NCBI RefSeq assembly: GCF_006345805.1
Contig: NC_043000.1
Location: 135,718,001-135,782,000, forward strand
DNA from: Octopus sinensis
Lineage: Eukaryota
DNA: 64,000 nt
Direction of reading: 5' to 3'
The notes under the pieces: generated by a model
The model's input: only the letters and a program-made list of their open reading frames with translations
Database searches by the model: none
What the model was told of the DNA's origin: nothing
Translations under genes and position numbers: made by a program
In this document: in pieces, positions 52,861-64,000 of the stretch
How positions within the stretch are numbered: the stretch's first letter is position 1
Layout of the letters: each line of letters starts with the position of its first letter

Positions 52861-54946
52861 CGGGATTTAGAAAAATTAAGGTCTTGATTTTAATAACTTT
52901 AATTTAAATTAGACAAAAGCGCTTAGCATTCTTTAATTAATAAACTTTGACGTAATTATTACATTATTAGTGCAGTGCATTTTTTAAAATTTGCCCTCAA
53001 ATAATACAAATCATATTAAGTTCTTATAGTTTTAATTCAATCATTATATTTTTAAATATTTTATTTTGTTACACAGTTGTTGTTTAACTTAATTCAACCC
53101 TTATGATCAAAAGCATTCCATCTACAAACTTATTGGCTTCTTCCTTATATACAAGAAAAGCCAAACCACATCCAACAAGTCCTTTTTTATTAAGGTGGCA
53201 TGGTGAAACTTGAGAGAGATTTGTTATTATTACTAGCACGCCGAGCGACAATGTGGAAGCTTCTGGAAGTGGTTGAGCAGTGAGTATGTAAAAAATGGCA
53301 ACTACCGAAATGTCTTTCCTCATATTTAAGCTCAAGTAGAGAGAATAACAGGGGAGAATAACAGCTAAATGCTTTGTGGTACTTAATTACTTTCATATAT
53401 GTATGTCATTGGTGCACTAGTATAGATAATTCAATCATCTGCAACTTCCTGCATCTAAAATTAGTTGTTGCCGTAGCTGATGTTACTATATAGCTTAGCT
53501 TGGGTCGTATTCACAGCCCCACGAACGTAGGCCGTTGGTTGAACAACTAGAATTAGTCCACAGATTCAAAACTCCACACATGCAATTTCTCCATTCAGAC
53601 ATTCACATGTTAATTGTATGTAGCACGGTGTGACAGTCTGGACATGATGCATTTACTGCACATTTCAGTTAGTTTCTGCATATCCGTAATTTGTTGTGTC
53701 AAAGTTGATTATTAAATAAGAAAACAAACACTATTCTAATTACTTAATAAAAAAAAACAATGATATTTCGTAGAACGATTGTTGTATTCATTGAACCTGG
53801 TGATAGCCATTGAACTCATAAACAAATTTAAACTTCTATAGAAGTGATTATTGTGATAAGGTTACGTTTTCTAGTTAATGCTGCTTTATTTAATTTAATT
53901 ACCATCATTGAAAAGAAAAATTTCAGGAACATTTCGCAATCTTATTATAATTATAAACTGATAGTTTTCTGTCTCAAAAAGAAATCAGGTTTATTTTAAT
54001 TTCAACATGAGAAGTGAATGGAACAAAATAAAATAAAATAATGACAAGTTAAAGATAAATGTTCCTCTAAAGTTTGGTTAACAACAGCAAGTTGTAAGCC
54101 TATCTATATCTTCCTATTGAGCTTCGCAACCGAGCTCACGAATTTGGCAGCTAGACGCCTGCTCGAGGTTACCATAAATTCTTTATTGGAGAATTGCACA
54201 AATTCTATTGCCCAAAGTGTCATGTTTATTATCAGGTAGTTGTCAAATGATGTACCCAAGACAATGCAGCCGTTTTGTCATGATTTTCTTTGACAGCAGA
54301 ATCACCAATGAATCTGTCGTACAAATGGTTATTGTTGATTATGTAATCGCAATGTTCTATACAATAAACTTGAGTAGCAGTCATCTAATTGCTTATTTGA
54401 CTGCAGTTGCATTAGTTATATATAAGAGGCGTAAATCCTTTTTGGCAGTATCAATGTGTAAAACATTTACAGCTTTGTTGAGGTGATTTTATACAGCTGC
54501 AGCGACATCTGTACTAAGATGGCCTTTCGTTTTCTATATGGGATGCCATCCCTATTATTGCTATCGATCGAGTTCAATTGCATGAAAGTTTTTGTAGTTT
54601 TGTTGGTATATTTTAATTAAATGCTAATAAGATAGCATTTGACAGCTTTTGCAACCATAATGATATCAATATTTTCTTTCTTTTTTTTTTATTTGTATTG
54701 AACTTCAAACCAGCAAATTCTGCCTTCTGTAAATTCATAGTTGAGGTATTGTTGAATACCAATGATAGAATTATCAAGCCAAGTATATTAAAGAAAACGA
54801 AGGAAGGAACCGATGGCGACGGTGGGGGGAGATAAAGGAATACGAAATAAAGAACAAAAATAACAAAGAAGAAGTAAACACCACACATATTGATATCTTG
54901 GCAGATTCAGGGTGAGTTTTGTAGGGAAGAAAATAAAAAGGACGAT

Positions 54947-54997
<51 letters not shown>

Positions 54998-56814
54998 GAG
55001 AGAGAGAGAGTGAGAGAGAGAGAGAGAGAAAGACAGAAAAAGTGAAAGAGAGAGTAAGAGTGAGTAAGTTAAAGAGGGGAGAAAAAGAGAGAAAGAAAAG
55101 CCCTATATATAAACAAATACAAAAAAAAACCCAAATAATTAAAGATTGATGGAGGTTGTTTTTGTAGTGGTTCTAGAAGATGGAAAAGAAGAAAAGAAAT
55201 AAGATGTTGAAAGAAGAGAAAAAGTAAAAGAGGATGCTATATAAGAAGCTATGATAACAATAAGAGTTTCTATTTCGTCCCCCACTACCTTGAAATATCT
55301 GAACTACCTGCTAACATAAATGCAGCATGTATAATTTCCTTTCAAGCTGTGTAACACTTGCAAACGTCTCCTATTAAGACTGTAATTATATTTCCCAGAT
55401 ATCAATATAGCTTTCAAAGAAGCATTGATATAAATCATGTGGTTCAATCGACAGGGTTTAGAAAAGAGCAGCATTGTGTTGAATGTCAGTAGTAATTTAA
55501 TACCTTGGCTAATAAAAAAAAAAAAAATGCGCGAGACCTTCAATTTCCAAGAGTATACCAACACATAGATATAGATTATCAAATTTTTGCTGCACAAATA
55601 TTTACATAACGTATTACATATGCAGTCACGTCCATTGGAAACATAACCCAGAGATGTATTATGTATGCCTATCCCTTTAAACACTCACACACACATATAT
55701 GGATCTTCGACAGTTTCGACGATGACGATTCAGTTGTTTGATCAACTGAATTGTCTGTCCATTGAATTAGTGAGTAACCGGCCGAACATTCCACAGTCAC
55801 ATGTACCATCAACACGAATATCAAATGGAATCGAAGTCACACAATGCATGATGATGCGATACATTTGAAATACAGATAAAATTCATCAGACAGGCTTCCA
55901 CATAATTTTTCTAAACCCAATGTCAAACACAAGGCAATAGTAAAAGCCAATGCATGAGATTCCACGCAGTGGAATCGAACTCGAGATCTAGTGATTGTAA
56001 CGCGAACTTCTTACACATTCAGCCATGCCGTGTCCTATATGCATGTTATGTATGTATGTATGTATGTATGTATGTATGTATGTATGTATGTATGTATGTA
56101 TGTATGTATGTGTGTGTGTGTATGTATGTATGTATGCATGCATGCATGCATGCATGTATGCATGTATATACGCATACACGCATACACATACATATACAAA
56201 CGTACATGTTCACACGAGCAAGCATGTATGTCACTGTACATACGGATCTTGCTGCATGCTAAACTTCTTGAATGATTTACATATTTTGACAGTGAATTTG
56301 ATGGCTTGCAGTTATAATCTTATGATTTTGTGAAAGCAAGCTTCACAAGACTTGTACGAGGCAGTTAGTCACGTAACCAAGTAGTCTAATAATTATTGAT
56401 AGAGATATAGGACTATAGTTCAATTTGATACAGATGTATACTTTTCACTAGCTTTAACATGAATATATGAAGGGTTGTAGGTATGTATACGTTCATATAC
56501 TTATGTATGAATATTTATATGTATGTATTGATGTAGGTATGCATGAATGTATACCTACATCAACGTTGAGTACTAATCTGCCTTCTCAACCTAAATTATA
56601 CAAATAGTACTTAGTAGAAGCGAAATGAAAGCTGCTTTTGACGAAGTCCATGCTGCAGCAAGCATTTGAATAAGGACTTCGGTCTGATAACAACTTGATC
56701 GACGTTTTGATGCATTATACTCAAGAACAGTAGCATACAAGTCGTGATTCCTAACCCTGCTTCCAGTTACGCAGGCTTTGCAATGATTATAACCTCTGCT
56801 TTTCTTATAATGCT

Positions 56815-57150
56815 GAGACCCCTTCGGTCATGACTGACCGTGGGATTGCACCTAGAAAGTTACCCTCCCAGGTAAAAGTCCGGGCAAGGTTGTTTATGGA
56901 AGACCAGCAGTCGCCCATGGATACCGACCTCCCCTCTCCATGCCACCAGTGTTATCCAAGGGAAAGGCAACAGCAGATACAGCTTGGCACCTGTGACATC
57001 GCAACTCATTTCTACAGCTTATTGAACTGGAGCAACGTGAAATAAAGTGTCTTGCTGAAGAACACAATACACAGCCCGGTCCGGGATTCGAACTCACAAC
57101 CTCACGATCGTAAGCTGGACGCTCTACCCACTGAACTATGCGTCTTCACT
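56815..57150 (-). mobile_element. tRNA-derived CORE-like SINE (family D)
   Basis: TAGTTCAGTGG / GAGTTCGAATCC boxes; CAGCAAGACACTTTA CORE-like motif. Confidence 0.75.
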
Positions 57151-58220
57151 TCTTCTAATAAGCTATGAGAAATGAAGCAATTCAAACGCAGAAATATTGA
57201 GAACACCCTAGGATATGCAGTCGAAAGTCATCCCTTTATTTTGATAGCTTCTTTCCTTGAACTGTTGCTCTCTGAAACTAGCAACCAACGTCTTCTTCCC
57301 CTCTAGTCTATTATATTCAGTCTTTTAAGTTTTCTGTCGATCGACGCATTTTCGTTCTTTGTAGTCTCTACCATTACAGTGGCTTCAATCATTGTTTGCA
57401 ACAAAATCGAGTAAAAAATTATGCGAAACACAGTATGCAAGTTTGAAGAGGTTTCATTGATAGCCAGATAGCTGAATCCAAGAAAAAACGTCTTTCATCA
57501 TTCTGTACAACTCCTCCACATATTTCTTAAGAGTTGAAGCTTGACACTAATTCCTAAGATAGGAATCTTTTGACCTGACTTACGCGACATTTTGAAAATG
57601 ACAACGTAGTGATGACGTTAATGGTAATACTAAGGAGGATTTGTAAAGCAAAGTGATTGGAAAACTGTTACTTATGTATTACACACACACACATTCACAC
57701 ACACACACATTCACACACACATGCATGCACACACACAAACACACACATGTGTGTATGTGCACAAACACATATTGTGTGTGAAGGCTCAAAATTAATGACG
57801 GGAATAGCAAAACAAAAGAAAGGTAAAAAGTGTAATCATTAGCGTGAAAGATTAAGAAAGTGGAAGTGTCATTGACATTTTGAGCTTAAGCTCTTCTTCA
57901 TTAAGTTAAATAGTTACAAGAAGGAAAATTGTCCAGGAAAGAAAGAAAACTGGAGTAACGGTCAAATATAGGTTGTTTTGTGTAAAGTAATGTTGAAAAT
58001 AGAAATCAGATGACCGGCAGTGATTCACAATGAATTAGGCTCCATTAATGCAAGAGCAACATAGGAAGTATTTGAATTATGTATGTAAACGAAGTTTGTG
58101 TGTGTGTGTACGTGTGTGTGCATGTGTGTGCGCGCGATATGTGTGTGCTTGTATGCGCATGTGCAAGTCCGTGGATGTGTTTTTCAGTGTTAGTTACTAT
58201 CAACGTATGTCTGTATGTAG

Positions 58221-58332
<112 letters not shown>

Positions 58333-58672
58333 CATGTGATACTTTGATGCGACTCGAGTCATATAATAACGAAGTCAAAGTAATGATATTTTGAATGCAT
58401 TTAATACGCACATTTCAGATCATTGTAAAATAGCTAAAAAGGGAATTCCATCTTAGACGCAAGATCTTCCTCAAATAAGACATATTTCAAAATATAAAAA
58501 ATTGATGGAAATCACTTGCTATATATATATATAATTCGCAGATGGGATCCAGAGATTCTAAGTTTAGAAGACAGTAGTGCTCAAAAAATTCAAACTAAGA
58601 TTCCGATGTCTTTACAGGGGATCATCCCACAAGGTAAAGAAAGGCTATGAGAGGGAATAAGTTAATCATATA

Positions 58673-59513
58673 TAAATGGACTGATCAATAACGGATTTAA
58701 AGTACGGAGAATGAAGCCGCTCGGCAAAAATTGACCTTGAACAATAAGTTTTAACGTTCTAGCTTACTTCCGCTGTGTACAGCAGTGCTTGGAAGGAAGG
58801 TGTGTAGCGTGTGACCATGACAGAGAAAACTGAGCAGAGAATCTGCATCAAATTTTGCCAAAATCTTAGCGATACATGCCCAGAGGCCTATGCAAAGTTT
58901 TCAAAAAATTTTCATCGTTCTCGACACAATCAAGATTTTGTGCAGCTGAAACCCGAGTGTATTCTTGGTCAACTGAAAGCAGTTTTGGCACAAACTTGGC
59001 AGACACGTGTCTCGTACCTAAATCTTCAGTGATAATGGACTGAAGTGAACCGTAACTAATCTGCACATCCTCTGATAAATCACGGATAGTGATTCGACGA
59101 TTTCCCCTCATAGCTGCACGCACATCTGCGATGTTTTTCTCAGTTCTGCTGGTTGCAGATCTTCCAGAATCTTCGTTAAAATCGACATATTTTCGGCTAT
59201 CTTGGAAACGTCTGAAACACTCGTACACTTGTGTGCGGCTCATACACTTCTCTCCATACACTTTGTGCAATTTTGCGCTGACCGCTGAGCAGGTATCACC
59301 ATGATAACTCACTCTGTCACGGTCAAAGCGGTGATCACACGCTACACACCTTCCTTCCAAGCACTGTTGTAAACAGCAGAAGTGGGATAGAACGTTAAAG
59401 CTTAGTGCGCATGGACAGTGGAGTTAAGGCCAATTTATGCCAAGCAGCTTTACTTTCCGTGCTTTAACTTTGTTACTATGGCAACAGTGCGGATACTTAT
59501 TGATCAGACCTCG
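58673..59513. mobile_element. Mariner derivative built from two convergent 5' ends
   Basis: Plus strand MTEKTEQRICIKFCQ; minus strand HTH region through SAKFVPKLL; TIR CGAGGTCTGATCAATAAG next to TA; no catalytic domain. Confidence 0.8.
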
Positions 59514-59809
59514 TATGTGTGTGCATATATTTATGTGTGTGTATGTATATGTATGTATACGTATACATTTTGTGCATGTTTGTATTGTGTCAATGTATTC
59601 AAGTCTGATGAATCAGTAATCAGGTTCAATCCAATGAACTTAGTAAGACATCTGACAGAATAATGAGACACATTCTTCTGGGACTGAACTCTTTCGATAT
59701 CAATTAAAACCGAAACTAATAGGTATGTGTGTATTTGTGTGTATACATACATATACATGTTTATATATAAGTATGTGTGTAGCTGTTATCAAAACTTTTA
59801 TATATATAT

Positions 59810-59953
<144 letters not shown>

Positions 59954-59964
59954 TATATGAATGT

Positions 59965-60396
59965 AGGAGTGGCGTAGTAGTGGCTGTGTGGTAAGTGGCT
60001 TGCTTACCAACCACATGGTTCCGTGTTCAGTCCCACTGCGTGGCACCTTGAACAGGTGTCTTCTACTATAGCCTCGGGCCGACCAAAGCCTTGTGAGTGG
60101 ATTTGGTAGACGGAAACTGAAAGAAGCCCATCGTATATATGTATATATATGTATATATGCATATATGTATGTATGTGTGTGTATATTTGTGTGTCGGTGT
60201 TTATCCCTCCAACATCGTTTGATGCTGGTGTGTTTACGTCCCCGTAACTTAGGGGTTCGGCAAAAGAGACCGATAGAATAAGTACTAGGCTTACAAAGAA
60301 TAATTCCTGGGGTCGATTTGCTCGACTAAAGGCGGTGCTCCAGCATGGCCGCAGTCAAATGACTGAAACAAGTAAAATAGTAAAGAGTAAAGAGTA
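59965..60396 (+). mobile_element. SINE family A
   Basis: Homologous to other copies. Confidence 0.85.
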
Positions 60397-61182
60397 GATG
60401 TGTGCATATATGTGTGTAAGTATGCAAGGATGTAAGAATATGTTCAGTGCTTTTGTATTTAGTTTTGTTCTTTTATTACGACTCTTAGTGTGTTAGCGTA
60501 CATGTTGGTTACACTGTGGATCCATGCATATATGTATTGTATATATGATTCCATGCGTCTATTACATTAGCATTTAAAACTGCATGTAATTTGCTTTGAA
60601 CAATGTGCGTGTTGATTGACTTCGTAACAAAGAACGAAAGAACCAATCCAAAGAATGCAGAAACGCATATGTTCCACAACCCATTGTCGCTTCATTCACA
60701 GCCTAATATGTGTTTTCCTCACGTCTAGGACGAGAATTTTTCTCTCAGGAATATTTCCACAGCGGATAATCTTTTCACATCTGAATGCACGCAAACCTGT
60801 TAAATATGACATTACTCACATAAACACACAGATACGCAAATATATTCACACTCACACACACAAATACGCAAATATATTCACAAACACACACTTGCACATT
60901 TGAATTAAAGCTAATATTAAGCAATTGGTAAAATGCTACACATCTTCATTAATAGCTCTTGATATTACGCCTGTTCGTTTCAGTTTTAATTGATATTGAA
61001 AGAGACCAGTCCCAGAAGAATGTGTTTCATTACTTTGTCAGATGTCTTACTAAGTTCATTGGATTGAACCGGATTACTGATTCAACAGACACGACTACAT
61101 TGACATTATTTATGTAACATTTTGAGAACGTTTAAGGCGATCGTATTCATCAAAATATTTTATAATAATGATAATAATAATG

Positions 61183-61221
<39 letters not shown>

Positions 61222-61385
61222 TAATAATAATAATAATATAATAATGATAATAATAATAATAATAATGATAATAATAATTTGTTTCTTTATTTCCCACACG
61301 GGGCTAAACATAGAGGGGACAAACAAGGGCAGACAAACAGATTAAGTCGATTACATCAACCCCAGTGCGTAACTGGTACTTAATT

Positions 61386-61452
<67 letters not shown>

Positions 61453-61453
61453 G

Positions 61454-62513
61454 GGTTATCATGTACATTGTTTTGTCTTGGTATAAAAGATGGGCTACAG
61501 CAAATATTCTGCTCAATACCACAGATTTGCTTGTCAGTTGTTTGACCTTAACCAGTTGAGCATGTCCCTTAGTGGCTGACGATATGTGCATCTCTGATCA
61601 CGAGCAGAAGTAGTGGGGGAGCATCATGGCCATGTGTTGAGAGGGATTCTTTGGAGTTTGAATGGTTCACCTCTGGAAACATAGGTGTTTCGTTCAACAT
61701 CCTAAAGCAACCCTTATTCAGGGACCGTTTGAGCAGGATGGGCTACTCAACCTGAAGAAAATTCTAACTGGGCCCCACCTGCAAGGTCATGTGCTGTTTA
61801 TCTTGATATGAGATCACCATGTCGCGCACATATGGTTGTGATGCATGTGCCTGGTGTACCTTTATCAGACGGGTAGTCATGATGGGTATATTGGGCTTCG
61901 TATATTTTACCCCAGTGTCACTTTGATGGCATGAACTGCTCTCTCACTCAATAATAATAATAATAATAAATGCCCTGATGCAGTACCAAGCAGTGGCTCT
62001 CGTGGCTTCTGATTTTAACTGACTGGAAGTGTTATCATGTACATTGTTTTGGCTTGGAATAAAAGATGGGCTACAGCAAATATTCTGCTCAGTACCACAG
62101 ATTTGCTTGTCAGTCGTTTGACCTTAACCAGTTGAGCATGCCCCTTAATGGCTGACGATATGTGCATCTCTGATCACAAGCAGAAGTAGTTGGGGAGCAT
62201 CATAGCCATGTGTTGAGAGGGATTCTTTGGGGTTCGAATAATGCACCTCTGGGAACGCGGGTGTTTCGTTCAACATCCTTAAACAACCCTTATTCAGAGA
62301 CCTTTTGAGCGGGATGGGTTACTCGACCAGAAGAAAATTCTAACTGGGCTCCACCTGCAAGGTCATGTGCTGTTTATCTTGATATGAGATCACCATGTCG
62401 CACACACATGGTTTTGATGCATGTGCCTAGTGTACCCTTATCAGACGGGTAGTCATGATGGGAATACAAGGCTTCGTATATTTTACCCCAGTGTCACTTT
62501 GATGGCATATACT
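61454..62513 (+). mobile_element. Two tandem copies of the (TAA)n-embedded repeat (61454-61950, 61971-62513)
   Basis: First copy ends CTCTCTCACTC-(AAT)n; the copies have different 5' endpoints. Confidence 0.8.
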
Positions 62514-63348
62514 GCATACGTATGCATTGTGTTTGATAAAAAGAATAAGCTAAAATGCATTTATATACGATGCAAAGTTTATTGCATATAAGGCGTGCAT
62601 ACAAATGTTAATTTACTGAGGAGGAATTTATTATCAAAATTATACATGTACACACACACAGCAATGTAGCTATGCATGTATGTAAGTATGTATGTATGTA
62701 CGTATACATATATATATATATACAAATACAGACCTGCATACACATATACACACACACATATATATATGTAAGTATTTATATACATACAAATTTATGTACA
62801 TACATACTTACATGCATACACACAGACATAAAAACACACACATATACATACATACATACATACATTTATACTGATATATATTTATACTCATATATTCGAT
62901 TAAATATATATTTGCGTACATGCATATAAAAAAATAAGTTTGCATAATATTTGCTGACGATTCAATTTCAAGCAAAACTATGCTTGTACCCAAGAACATA
63001 CTCGTGCCTATATACATACACGCATTGTAATATTCGCACAAACTAAAAAAAACCTCTACTCCTCTCCTAACTGTACATGTTTATACGCGTATGTGCGTAT
63101 ATTTATACAAACATCAATTCTTTTAATTTCATAGATATACGTAAATATATTTATGCAAACATATGTGTGCGTTTCTAAATACATTTAAATATAATTCTAT
63201 GTATATGAGATTCTTATAGAGACACTCCTATTAGTATATTGTGTATTGTATATATATGTGTGACTAGATTTGCATTCGCTTTTATTATTCGAATCGAACA
63301 GTTGATAAAATGGTGAACATTTATTATTTTGAATGTACACACATGCGC

Positions 63349-63980
<632 letters not shown>

Positions 63981-64000
63981 CAGTTGCTGCAAAGTGTGTC

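Noticed and set aside
54950-55115. (GA)n tract followed by CTATATATAAA as a promoter
   Set aside because: Both motifs are ubiquitous here and no downstream exon can be supported
61576-61610. CTGACGA in the (TAA)n-embedded repeat
   Set aside because: No suitably placed GAAA or closing stems

Overview
AT-rich, microsatellite-dense eukaryotic DNA with no supportable host gene; the SINE families and (TA)n/(TACA)n/(TAA)n content suggest an Octopus genome (inference). Most of the ORF track is microsatellite artefact. Retroelements present: several tRNA-derived SINE families, a 5'-truncated CR1-group LINE, and RTE and R4/Dong LINE fragments. DNA elements present: maT and mariner remnants, a non-autonomous Helitron and hAT MITEs. 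The main observation is a set of largely sequence-unrelated small elements carrying type I hammerhead ribozyme (HHR) motifs, mostly inserted in (TA)n tracts and often as divergent inverted copies. They include two ~500-nt non-coding retrozyme-like monomers (one in tandem), a Penelope-like (PLE) 3' remnant linking a GIY-YIG C-terminus to an HHR, and a tRNA-headed SINE-like element ending in an HHR. All calls are by eye; no searches or folding were run.
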